Source of the DNA: Gemmatimonadaceae bacterium
GTDB taxonomy: Bacteria > Gemmatimonadota > Gemmatimonadetes > Gemmatimonadales > Gemmatimonadaceae
Direction: 5' to 3'
Assembly: GCA_044224875.1 (NCBI GenBank)
Contig: JBGAJQ010000078.1
Location: forward strand, 1-23,473
DNA length: 23,473 nucleotides
Each line of letters opens with the position of its first letter. The stretch's first letter is position 1. Under the pieces are notes generated by a model that searched no databases, was not told where the DNA came from, and worked only from the letters and a program-made list of their open reading frames with translations. Shown one piece after another: positions 10,203 to 19,498 of the stretch. A program made the position numbers and the translations under genes.

Positions 10203-11493
10203 CTACTTCTTAGTCGTATCTGGAGCGCCTTTGGTTTCCGGAATCGGTACCGCTGATTTGGGCTGAGCGGCGCTGCGAGCGGAGTCGGCCGTCGCGCGAA
10301 TCTTCAGCGCGGCCTGGACGGCGCGCTCGAGACCTGCCGCGTTGACGCGACCCTCGTACTTGTTGTGCAGGGCCGTCGCGAGAGGGGCCGGCACTTCCAC
10401 GTATCGCTCTTGCTGCCACACCGTTCACATCGGCCGTGTCCAGCTCAATCTTCGCGCTGTCGGCGGCGCGCAGGAACAGTTCGTTGCGCACGACGGACTT
10501 CACGAACATCGGGATGATGGAGTCCGGAGCCTGTTGCAGCTGCATGAGCACCTGCTCGGGCTGCGGGAACCCACCCAGCCACTTCACGATGCGCCCAGCC
10601 GTCATTTCGCCGCCCGCAAACGTCGCGACGACACTCTTGTCTTCGCGGTATTCGTCCGGGTTCGCGGCAATCTCCTTCACGAGCTTTGCCGCCGTCGGCT
10701 TCACCACCACCTTCGCGTTGGTCTCGACGTTGGCCACGAAGGTACTTTCCGCGGCCCGGCGGGAGATCTGCTCGTACTGCTTGGCGAAATCATCCTTCAC
10801 CTCGGCGTACGTCGAGCGACGGATGATGTGATACCCGAACTGCGTCTTTACCAGCGGGCCGATCTCGCCCGGCTTCAATGCGAGCACCGCCTGCTCAAAC
10901 TCCGGGACCATGGCACCCTTGGGGAAGACCCCCAGGCTGCCGCCTGCGTCCTTGGTGCCATCCGACCCGTACTTCTTCGCCATGGCGGCGAAGTTCGCGG
11001 CGGTTGTCGTCTTCAGCACCCCTTCAGCCTTTCGGCGGATGGAGTCGCTCCCCGTCGCTTCCTGTCCGGCGGGAACCTGAAAGAGAATGTGTCGGGCGCC
11101 CAGCAGCGCTCCGTCGTTGAACTTCCCTTCCATGTTCGACGTGTCGGCGACAAACGAGGCCGAGATCTTGTCGTACCACTTCCTCGTCTTCTGCTGCGTA
11201 TAGACGGGCCACATGGCCTCGTCGATGGCCTTGGGATCGTTCAGCGTGTCCCCGTTGGCCGCCGCCACACCGAGTAGCTGGTAGTTCACCCACACATCGG
11301 CGATGGATTGGGCAACCTCCTTTCGCACGGGGACCTGCGACTTACCGATCATGTCCGCCAGACGCTGGACCGAGAGCTCCTGAGAACCGGCGCGCGCGGC
11401 GACGTCGACGTGGGCAGTCATCGCTTCCTTGAAGCCCTCGCAGGCAGTAACGGAGGCCACAAGGAGGAGGGCCAGCAGACGAGATCTGGACAT
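10203..11493 (-). CDS. Lipoprotein parvulin-type peptidyl-prolyl isomerase (PrsA/PpiD-like), frame break near 10420
   Basis: Start MSRSRLLALLLVASVTAC (lipobox-like). Rotamase motifs ARHILF, FAAMAKKYGSD, GGSLGVFPKGAMVPEFEQAVLALKPGEIGPLVKTQFGYHII. After ELDTADVNG the plausible protein continues in the 10203..10421 frame (QQERYVEVPAPLATALHNKYEG...). Confidence 0.85.
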
Positions 11494-11561
11494 TGGTGTG
11501 TGATGACCGGCTGAGGGGAGTGGTAGAACTGGTGCGTGGAATTCCGGGCCTTTTCCGACGT

Positions 11562-14500
11562 TCACTTGCTGCGCGACTCGGGATTTGCGCGGAGCAGCTG
11601 GAGCGCTCGCACCAGCCCGTCGACGATCCCCGACCCACCTAGCCTCGTGAGCTTGAGCGAGAGCGGGTGCGCACGACGCACGTCGGCCCGGAATTGCACC
11701 TCGTGAAACGCCGCGGACAGCCCCTTCATCCGGGGCGCCGCAGAGTCACGAAAGGTAATACGGGCCTCGTCCCCATGCACGAGAATCCCCTCGATTCCCA
11801 GCTCGCCCCCAAGCACCCGCAGGTGCGCCACTGCCAGTAGGTGCTCCACCGCGGAAGGGACGGGGCCGAACCGGTCGCGGAGTTCTCGCCGAAGCTCGTC
11901 GATCACCGGCGAGTCGCTGGCGGCGGTTAACCGCCGGTAGATATCCAGCTTCCCCTCGGGTGACAGGACGTAGTCATCCGGAATGAACGCCGGCAGGTCG
12001 AGCGAGATGTCGGGTGGAATGGCCCTCGGCGCATCATCACCGAGCTGAACGCGCCGCACGGTCTCTTCCAACATGCGCAGGTAAAGATCGAACCCCACGG
12101 CGTGGACGAAGCCCGACTGTTCCGGTCCAAGAAGATTGCCGGCACCGCGCAGTTCCAAGTCCTTCAATGCGACCCGGTACCCCGAACCAAGCTCCGTGTG
12201 GTGTTCGAGCACCTGCAACCGACGCTCGGCGTCCTCGTCGATGGAATCGGGAACGACCAGGTAGCAGTACGCGCGCCGGTGCGAACGGCCCACGCGACCT
12301 CGCAGCTGGTAAAGCTGAGCCAGGCCAAAGTGGTCGGCGCGGTTCACGAACATGGTGTTCGCGTTCGGGACGTCCAATCCGGATTCGACGATCATGGTAC
12401 TCACGAGCACGTCAATGTCACCGGAGACAAATCGGCGCATGACGTCCTCGAGCTCTCGCTCGCGCATCTGGCCGTGGCCGATAGCGACGCGGGCGCGGGG
12501 CACGACGCGACGGAGGTGTTCGGCGATGCCTTCGATGGTTTCGATGCGATTGTGCACGAAGAACACCTGGCCACCGCGATCGAGTTCGCGTGCAATGCCT
12601 TCCTCGATCAAGCCATCGTCGAACGGTTCGACAAAGGTCAACACGGGCGAGCGATCCCGCGGCGCCGTCTGCATCAGGGTCATGTCGCGCAGACCGGCCA
12701 GTGACAGATGCAACGTCCGGGGAATCGGCGTTGCCGTCAGCGTCAACACATCGGTTTCGAGTCGGAGCTGTTTGAGCCGCTCCTTGTGCTTCACCCCAAA
12801 GCGGTGTTCCTCGTCGATGACGATGAGTCCCAGGCCGGCGAAGCGAACGTCGGTGCTCAGGAGCCGATGCGTGCCGATAATGACGTCCAGCTTTCCGTCG
12901 GCGAGGTCCTTCAGCACCTGCGCCTGTTCGGCAACGGTCCGGAAGCGCGAAAGTGTCGCGACGCGAATCGGGAAGTCGGCGAGGCGGTCTCCAAAGGTGC
13001 GTGCGTGTTGTTCGGCGAGGATGGTGGTCGGGACGAGGACGGCCACCTGCCGACCAGATTGCACAGCCTTGAACGCGGCGCGCACCGCGATCTCTGTCTT
13101 GCCGTAGCCGACGTCGCCAACGAGGAGGCGGTCCATGGGACGCGGTCGTTCCATGTCTCCCTTCACGTCGGACGTAGCCTTGCGCTGGTCTGGCGTGTCT
13201 TCGAACAGGAACGACGATTCGAGCTGGCGCTGCCACGCCGTGTCTGGGGCGTGCGGTGGACGCGATGCGAGCTGACGGCGGGCATACAGGTCGAGCAGCT
13301 CCTGTGTCATCTCCTGGATGGCGGAGCGCGTCTTGTCGCGTTGCGACGCCCAGCGCCGCCCGCCGAGTTTGTGCAGGCGCGGTGGCGGTGCATCGTCTCC
13401 CACGTCCGCGCCGGACCGATAGCGCTCGACCTGGTCCAGGCGATATAGCGGCACGTTCAACTTGTCGCCGCCCTCGTATTCCACGACGGCGACCTCGATG
13501 GTCGACTCTCGAAAGTAAATCTTCTCGATGCCGCGGTAGATCCCGACCCCGTGTTCGAGATGTACCACGTAGTCACCCGGGCGCAGGGCGCTGACCGTGT
13601 CGATGGATGATCCACCCGCATACCGACGGGCGCGTCGCAACCGGCGTTCGCGGCGAAAGATCTCGTGGTCGGTGAGGACGCGCAGGGGGTGTGTGCTCGA
13701 CAGCACGAACCCGCCGTGCAAGACACCGATCACCAGCGCCGCACCGCTTGGCGTGTAGTCGTCCTCGTTGAGGAGTTCGTCCAGGCGCTCGGCCTGGCCG
13801 GCGTTGTCGCACAGGATGATGGTTGGCGTGCCATCACGCACCAGGCGACGCAGGACCTTCATGTCGCGCCCAACGGCTTCGGGCGCGCGCGTGGGAAACA
13901 GGATGGCATCGTCCACCGACGCTTGCTGCAACTCGACGATCGTGCCGTAACTCGACAGCTGGCGGATGGCGTCGTCCGGAGCGAACAGGATTGCCTCGCG
14001 CGAGGGCACATCCTCACCGCGACGGCGGGCGAGCTCCACGTGGTGCTGGGCCTCTTCCCAGGTCCGGCGCATCTCCGCTTCCGGATGCGAGTCGGCCGGA
14101 AGAAAGACGATCGTATCCGACGTCACCAGCTCCAACACGCTGACCCGTTCCGGCGCCAGCTCGTCCAGTTGGGACGCCCCATCGACGGGCAGGATCAGCG
14201 CAACATCGGCTTCCCGCGTGCTGCGCTGCGTGGCAAGGTCGAAGTGGCGGCACTCGAGAATCTCGTCGCCCCAGAACTCCAGGCGGACCGGGTCTGTCAT
14301 GCCGAACCCGTAGATGTCGAAGATGCCGCCACGGACCGAGAACTGCGCGACGTCGTCGATGGTGTCCACGCGCTCAAACCCGACGCGGAGCAGATGCTCG
14401 ACCAGATCCATGAGACGCCGCACATCTCCCTTCCGCAGCTCCAACCGGGCATCGCGCAGCGCTCGCGGCAGTTGGGTGCGTTCGAGGAGCGCTCGGGCCG

Positions 14501-14864
14501 TGGTGATCAGCACGCGGACCGCGCCTCGCGAGACGCGCTCGAGCGTCTCGACGCGTTCCCCGGCGATTTCGGCGTGTGGTTCCGCCTCGCCGAAGCCCTC
14601 GCGGGGCGGATAGTAGGCGGCGAACCCGGGGTCGGCGAGCACGTCGAGGTCGGCGAGCCACCGCTCGGCCTCGGCGACGCCGTCAGTTACAACCACAAAC
14701 AGCCGGTTCGGTGCGCCGCGCGCCGCTGCCGCGACGAGTACCGTATCCGCCGAACCCGCCAGCCCCGCCACCGTGCGGCGCGTCGCCGGCGCCGGCAATT
14801 CCGCGATCAGGCGTCGGAAGGGGAGCAACCCTTCGAACGCCTCCAACAACGTCATGAGGGCCAT
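11562..14864 (-). CDS. mfd: Transcription-repair coupling factor Mfd
   Basis: UvrB-like FSVRGGIFDIY, CarD/RID LRPGDYVVHLEHGVGIY, ...TPDQ...PMDRLLVGDVGYGKTEIA, DEEHRFGV, TATPIPRTL, GLAQLYQLRGRVGRS, DLELRGAGNLLG.EQSG and TRCF C-terminus ELRDRFGP. 1100 aa, intact. Confidence 0.98.
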   Translation of the reverse strand: MALMTLLEAFEGLLPFRRLIAELPAPATRRTVAGLAGSADTVLVAAAARGAPNRLFVVVTDGVAEAERWLADLDVLADPGFAAYYPPREGFGEAEPHAEIAGERVETLERVSRGAVRVLITTARALLERTQLPRALRDARLELRKGDVRRLMDLVEHLLRVGFERVDTIDDVAQFSVRGGIFDIYGFGMTDPVRLEFWGDEILECRHFDLATQRSTREADVALILPVDGASQLDELAPERVSVLELVTSDTIVFLPADSHPEAEMRRTWEEAQHHVELARRRGEDVPSREAILFAPDDAIRQLSSYGTIVELQQASVDDAILFPTRAPEAVGRDMKVLRRLVRDGTPTIILCDNAGQAERLDELLNEDDYTPSGAALVIGVLHGGFVLSSTHPLRVLTDHEIFRRERRLRRARRYAGGSSIDTVSALRPGDYVVHLEHGVGIYRGIEKIYFRESTIEVAVVEYEGGDKLNVPLYRLDQVERYRSGADVGDDAPPPRLHKLGGRRWASQRDKTRSAIQEMTQELLDLYARRQLASRPPHAPDTAWQRQLESSFLFEDTPDQRKATSDVKGDMERPRPMDRLLVGDVGYGKTEIAVRAAFKAVQSGRQVAVLVPTTILAEQHARTFGDRLADFPIRVATLSRFRTVAEQAQVLKDLADGKLDVIIGTHRLLSTDVRFAGLGLIVIDEEHRFGVKHKERLKQLRLETDVLTLTATPIPRTLHLSLAGLRDMTLMQTAPRDRSPVLTFVEPFDDGLIEEGIARELDRGGQVFFVHNRIETIEGIAEHLRRVVPRARVAIGHGQMRERELEDVMRRFVSGDIDVLVSTMIVESGLDVPNANTMFVNRADHFGLAQLYQLRGRVGRSHRRAYCYLVVPDSIDEDAERRLQVLEHHTELGSGYRVALKDLELRGAGNLLGPEQSGFVHAVGFDLYLRMLEETVRRVQLGDDAPRAIPPDISLDLPAFIPDDYVLSPEGKLDIYRRLTAASDSPVIDELRRELRDRFGPVPSAVEHLLAVAHLRVLGGELGIEGILVHGDEARITFRDSAAPRMKGLSAAFHEVQFRADVRRAHPLSLKLTRLGGSGIVDGLVRALQLLRANPESRSK

Positions 14865-16684
14865 CAGGCGGCTTTCTTGGCGGTCCGCGGACGATCGTCA
14901 CGCCGAACCACGAACAGTTCGGCGGCGAGGCAGAGCAGCGCCAGCACGAGCAGCGACGGCTGCAACGGCCGTCGCGCACCCACGTCAAACACCGCGCGCT
15001 TCCATTCGGAATCGCCGGTGACCACCAGACTCTCGCGGGACCGGAGCCGAGCACGGAGGTCCGCGGCCGGAAGACGTCGCAGGTCGGACTCTTCGGGCTC
15101 CGGGTTCACCACCACGGCCCCCACTCGCTGCGCCCCTTGGCGCAGGTAATAGACGCCGGGTCGCGCCGGAACGGTGAGCGATCGCGCCGTCACCGGCGTG
15201 GACTGTCCGTCGTCGGTTTCCAGCGCGTCGACGCCCGCTGGGGTTGCGACCGTTCCGCCTGGCACGGCGGACAATACCATGGTCGCATCTCCGGCGAGGC
15301 GTTGCGCCAGCACGTCGCCGAACCACGGCAGGAAATTGGCCCGTAACGGAAAGGACGTTGCAGCTGGATCGATCGCAGACCCGAGCACCAGGTACTTCTC
15401 GCCTGCCACGGCCCACGGCTCGCCGGCAGACGTGGCCAACGTCTCGGCCGCCGCGGCGCCGGCCGGCGAGAGCGAGTAGCGCACCGCGGCGCTCACTCCT
15501 TCAAAACCGGTGCCTCGGACGATCGTTTCCTCGCGATGCGCGGCCCCGAATCGCCACGGAACGTTCAAGCGCTCGAGGGCGCGATTGGCTGCACCCAGGC
15601 GCACGGGATCACTGGGGGGAAGGATCAACGCCGGCAGGTGCGACACCGCATCGGCAGGCCCGACCTCGATCTCGCCCCCCACGGCCACCCGCCCGTTTTG
15701 TACCAAGGCATCGACGGCATTCGAGACGAAGGGTCCCGCCCCCGCCAGCGCCCGAACCGCGGGGGCGCCGCCGATCCAGACGGCGAAGTAGCGCGCGTCA
15801 TCGGCACGCAGTTCGTCCGGATCCAGCTCAACCACGCCGCGCTGCCATCCGCGTTCGGGGGGCTCGGCGTGTATGGCAATTTCTTCACCCGCGTGGGTGA
15901 GCCCCCTGGCGAGGGTACGGCTGCCTAACGAAATGCGGTATGTCGCTGAGTCGACCCCAACCGTCTGGCCAATGACGGAGCCGCGCGGTGTCCAGCGCGC
16001 TGGCCGGGCATCCGCTGCGACCACGGCGCGGTTCACGGGCAGCGTGACCGCCGGGGCGTAGACGACCACTCGAACATCGCCGACTGGCACTTCGCCTGGC
16101 CAGGCGGTCGCTTGCGCGTCCGTCACAATGGCCACCTCACGGGCCGGCAAGCCTGCGGCGAGCGCCAGACCTGCTGCGCGGGTCACCGCCGCAGGGAGAT
16201 CGCCCTTGCCGCCAAACGCTTCCACGCGGTCCAGCGCGTCCCGGATAACAGACTTGGACCCACCGACCACGCGGCCGTCGGCCAGCACCAACCACAGGCG
16301 ATCCCCGGCAGCTGCACCGTCCACGACCGTGACGGCGGCGCGCTTCAAGCGCGTCAACAGGGGCGAGCCGTCGGAGATTGCCGACGTACTCATGGAGTTA
16401 TCGACCACCAGCGCCACCGCCGTGGGCACATGACCCGCGCCAATGAGGCGCCCAACCGGCCGCGCCGCAGCCAGCGCCAGGAAGAGCACGGTCAGGATCC
16501 GCAAGAGCATCAGCAGGAGGTTGCGAATCTTCATCTGATTAACGTTCTCGCGCTCGGCGCGCGCCAGGTACAACACGGCCGGAAAGTCGATGCGCGTCTC
16601 GATGCGACGTCGCATCAGGTGCAGCACCAGTGGCACGGCAACAGCACCCGCCAACAGCAGGTACAGCGGCTGGAGAAAGCTCAC
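14864..16684 (-). CDS. BatA-domain / von Willebrand factor A membrane protein (~606 aa)
   Basis: GTG 16684 overlaps the DUF58 stop (GTGA). BatA-type N-terminus (M)SFLQPLYLLLAGAVAVPLVLHLM...FPAVLYL...LLLMLLRILTVLFLALAAARP, MIDAS VVDNSMST, IVTDAQ, and C-terminal PGVY...VVNPEPEESDL plus a TM helix. Stop overlaps the mfd ATG (TGATG). Confidence 0.88.
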   Translation of the reverse strand: MSFLQPLYLLLAGAVAVPLVLHLMRRRIETRIDFPAVLYLARAERENVNQMKIRNLLLMLLRILTVLFLALAAARPVGRLIGAGHVPTAVALVVDNSMSTSAISDGSPLLTRLKRAAVTVVDGAAAGDRLWLVLADGRVVGGSKSVIRDALDRVEAFGGKGDLPAAVTRAAGLALAAGLPAREVAIVTDAQATAWPGEVPVGDVRVVVYAPAVTLPVNRAVVAADARPARWTPRGSVIGQTVGVDSATYRISLGSRTLARGLTHAGEEIAIHAEPPERGWQRGVVELDPDELRADDARYFAVWIGGAPAVRALAGAGPFVSNAVDALVQNGRVAVGGEIEVGPADAVSHLPALILPPSDPVRLGAANRALERLNVPWRFGAAHREETIVRGTGFEGVSAAVRYSLSPAGAAAAETLATSAGEPWAVAGEKYLVLGSAIDPAATSFPLRANFLPWFGDVLAQRLAGDATMVLSAVPGGTVATPAGVDALETDDGQSTPVTARSLTVPARPGVYYLRQGAQRVGAVVVNPEPEESDLRRLPAADLRARLRSRESLVVTGDSEWKRAVFDVGARRPLQPSLLVLALLCLAAELFVVRRDDRPRTAKKAA

Positions 16685-17592
16685 GGAATACGCTGCCTCG
16701 CGGCGAGCGCGCGCCGGAGCGGCACGCCAAATGGAGCGTCCGTGAAGACGATTTCGTACCCGGCACCAATCGACGCCAGCATCGATCGCCATTCCTCGAT
16801 CGCTTTCGCGACCGTGCGCTGGTACGCCGTGCGCACGTCGGCCACCGTCGCTGGGATCGCCAGTGTGGTTTCGGTGTCGGCGAAAATCGCCTCCCCGGCC
16901 ATGTCCAGATCGCGTTCCATCGGGTCCATGATGTGCAGCACGATCAACTGGTGGCCCGCGCCCCGAACCGCACGGAGTGCGTTCTCGATCTCGTCATGGT
17001 CCATGAGGAGGTCGGACACCAGCACCACAAAGCCGGGACGCCGAACAAGCTTTGCGGCCTGAATGAGCGCGTCGGCCATCCGTGATTCCTTACCCGATCC
17101 CTCTTGCTCCAACCCGCGGATGATGCGCATCCACTGAATGCTGCGCGCGCGGGGTGGAATCACCGTGCGCAATTGTTCGTCATACCGAATGAGGCCTACG
17201 GCGTCCCTTTGGCGGATGAACAGCAAGGCGAGGGCGGCGACGATTTGCTCCGCGTACCGACGCTTGGTCAGTCGTGCGGGATTTCCGGTCCAGTCCATGG
17301 ACTTGGAAACGTCCAACACGAGCGCTGCACGGGTGTTGGTCTCCTCCTCGAACTGCTTGATCATCCAGCGATCGGCACGCGCGACGATCTTCCAGTCGAT
17401 ATACCGGAGGTCATCCCCGACCTGGTAGGGACGATACTCCGCGAACTCGACTGAGAAACCTTTTCGGGGGGATCGGTGTAAGCCGGCGAGAAATCCGTCC
17501 ACCACCCAGCGGGCCACGATTTCGATGCGGCCAAGGCTGGCAATTGATGCGGGATCGATCAGGTCGGCTCGATTGATGCTGGTGCTGTCCAT
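16681..17592 (-). CDS. DUF58 domain / vWA protein (family usually associated with MoxR AAA+ ATPases)
   Basis: GLHRSPRKGFSVEFAEYRPYQVGDDLRYIDWK...IKQFEEETN, MIDAS LDVSKSM, QRDAVGL and VVLVSDLL. Confidence 0.93.
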   Translation of the reverse strand: MDSTSINRADLIDPASIASLGRIEIVARWVVDGFLAGLHRSPRKGFSVEFAEYRPYQVGDDLRYIDWKIVARADRWMIKQFEEETNTRAALVLDVSKSMDWTGNPARLTKRRYAEQIVAALALLFIRQRDAVGLIRYDEQLRTVIPPRARSIQWMRIIRGLEQEGSGKESRMADALIQAAKLVRRPGFVVLVSDLLMDHDEIENALRAVRGAGHQLIVLHIMDPMERDLDMAGEAIFADTETTLAIPATVADVRTAYQRTVAKAIEEWRSMLASIGAGYEIVFTDAPFGVPLRRALAARQRIP

Positions 17593-17763
17593 CCCGGACG
17601 AAGCTAGAGGAAGCGGCAGGGTCGGTCAAACTGGACGTCAGAAGGACCGCGACCCGGCAAGTTGTCATTGCGGCATAGGTTTACAACGTTAGGTTGAAAC
17701 GCGCACCTCCCCCCGGTGCGTTGGACCGTCGGGGAGCGCAACCCTCTGAGAGGGAGGATGCAC

Positions 17764-19242
17764 ATGCGGAACTGGGTGCTTGGGACGGCAGTTCTCCTCA
17801 CAACGGTCGCGCAGGCGAACGCGCAAACGAGTCGGTGGAATGACCGAACGACGGAGCGCTGGACCGAGGAAGCGCCGGCGGTCCGCCTCTGGTTCGACGG
17901 GAGTTCGCAGCTGCTTGGATTCGGCGGCGTGGCCCGCGTCCGGTTTGAGACAGATGAAGACGCCTACGTGATCGTCGGTCGTGTCGACAGCGACGGTCGC
18001 ATGTCCATCCTCTTCCCGTACAATCGCACCCAGCGGCCGTTCGTCCACGGCGGCGTCTCGAACATTGTGCGTAGCCGGCGCGGCGGCAGCTCGTACAGTT
18101 TTGTCTCGTACGAGCGTTGGGGGATGGGATTCGTGTTCGCGATTTCGTCGTACGAACCCATGGATCTTTCGCGCTTCCAGAATCGCGACTTCGAGAGTTA
18201 CGACGGCGTCATGAATGCCATGGCACGTCGCTACACCGGGAACCCGCAACGAATCGTCGAGCGTTTCGCACCGTGGGTGCTCTATGATCGCGATACGCCA
18301 TACGACTACGACATCCTGAATTACTCGGTCGAGAGTCCGACCTTTGCATCGTACTCATCGTATTGTGGTTATTCCGGATTCGGGTCGTACAGCAGCTTGT
18401 ATGATCCGTCCTTCTGCTCGCATGCGCTGGGCTACTTCGGCTTTGTTTGTGGTGGGTACTGGGGGTATGGATCGGCGCTGTGCTACGACCCGCTATGGGG
18501 CAGGATCATCCGTCGTGGTCCCATTATCGCCGGGGGAAATCCACCCCCAACGACGCCCGGGCAACCGACGCCAGGGGACAAAGTCCCGAACACCAAGTTG
18601 ATCCCTCAGGTGGGCAACCCGAACGATCCGGGCACCAAGCAAGGTGGTCCTCAGAAGGCGTTGGAGCTTCCCACTCGTCCCTCGGTCGGAGGGACAGCGG
18701 ACGACGATGAGCTGAACCGCGTGTATTCGATCCCGCGACGCGCCCTCGACGATTTGCGTCGGCAGGAGCGGATCGAACGCCGGCCGGTTGGCGAAATTGC
18801 GGTTGGTGGTGCGAATGACGCTGGACCGCGCCCCGCCCCCAGGGATCGTGGCCGTGAGGCTGGCGGGGACGAGGGGGGACGCCCGTTAGGCGGCCCAGCG
18901 CGTCGAGACTGGGGACGCGGCGAACGGGAGAATCCAACGACGCGCGCCGACAACACGCCACGCTACGAACCACCGCCACGAGAGTCGCCGCGTAACTTCG
19001 ATCCACCATCGCGTGGCAATGGCGGTGGGGGATTCGATCGAGGTGTCGAGCGGAATTCGCCGCCTCCTCGCTCCTTCGATCCCGGACCGCGCATGAGCGG
19101 CGATGGTGGCGGACGCCCGGCCGCCGGTGGGGGTGCGGCTCATGGCGACGGAGGCGGACGTGCGGCGCACTCCCCGCCGCCTGCTCCGGCGGTCCGCGAG
19201 CCAGCGGCGACAACGACCGAGAAGAAGCCAGAAAAGCACTAG
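17764..19242 (+). CDS. Secreted DUF4384-like domain protein with a long low-complexity C-terminus
   Basis: SD GGGAGG (17752-17757) 6 nt before ATG 17764. Signal peptide MRNWVLGTAVLLTTVAQANA|Q. VRVRFETDEDAYVIVGRVDSDGRMSILFP-type segment resembles DUF4384, followed by Y/G/S/C-rich and P/R/G-rich regions. Confidence 0.8.
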   Translation: MRNWVLGTAVLLTTVAQANAQTSRWNDRTTERWTEEAPAVRLWFDGSSQLLGFGGVARVRFETDEDAYVIVGRVDSDGRMSILFPYNRTQRPFVHGGVSNIVRSRRGGSSYSFVSYERWGMGFVFAISSYEPMDLSRFQNRDFESYDGVMNAMARRYTGNPQRIVERFAPWVLYDRDTPYDYDILNYSVESPTFASYSSYCGYSGFGSYSSLYDPSFCSHALGYFGFVCGGYWGYGSALCYDPLWGRIIRRGPIIAGGNPPPTTPGQPTPGDKVPNTKLIPQVGNPNDPGTKQGGPQKALELPTRPSVGGTADDDELNRVYSIPRRALDDLRRQERIERRPVGEIAVGGANDAGPRPAPRDRGREAGGDEGGRPLGGPARRDWGRGERENPTTRADNTPRYEPPPRESPRNFDPPSRGNGGGGFDRGVERNSPPPRSFDPGPRMSGDGGGRPAAGGGAAHGDGGGRAAHSPPPAPAVREPAATTTEKKPEKH

Positions 19243-19257
19243 TGACGACCAGACCTT

Positions 19258-19288
19258 GGGGGCCGGCGAAAGCCGGCCCTCTTGCTAT
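19258..19288 (+). terminator. Intrinsic terminator of the DUF4384-like gene
   Basis: GGGGGCCGGC-GAAA-GCCGGCCCTC followed by TTGCTAT, 15 nt past the stop. Confidence 0.7.
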
Positions 19289-19498
19289 GTGACGGGTCGG
19301 TTTTCCCGGAGCGAAGACCGAGCGTTGGAGTTCGGGCACATCCCGCTCGGAAGCGCCCGAACGCGGTTTGGGATGCGAGCCGACCGCGGCTAGATTCCGT
19401 GCTCTGCCGTTGACCGCCTTCGCGGGCGGTGCCGCGCCACGCAGCCAACCAAGGCTGCCGGTGAGTCGCGCGCCTCCCCACCCCAGCCAATTCCGCAC

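Noticed and set aside
8730..10425. Programmed ribosomal frameshifting or phase variation in pdxA, surA and the PPIase
   Set aside because: No X XXY YYZ slippery sites or long simple repeats at the breaks (runs of 4 nt at most), and similar breaks occur in unrelated genes.
16685..16792. ORF-track N-terminal extensions of the BatA protein (also 11494-11565, 17716-17763 and 22154-22195 for other genes)
   Set aside because: They overlap upstream genes or precede the signal peptide or SD-supported start; downstream starts fit the domain boundaries better.
17679..17700. GTTT...GAAAC palindromic 22-mer resembling a CRISPR repeat
   Set aside because: I saw only one copy, with no spacers and no cas genes.
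19330..19375. HDV-like ribozyme, since the stem order matches P1-P2-P3-P3'-P1'-P2'
   Set aside because: L3 is only 4 nt, and P1.1, P4 and a J4/2 strand with the catalytic C are missing. Kept only as a generic pseudoknot candidate.
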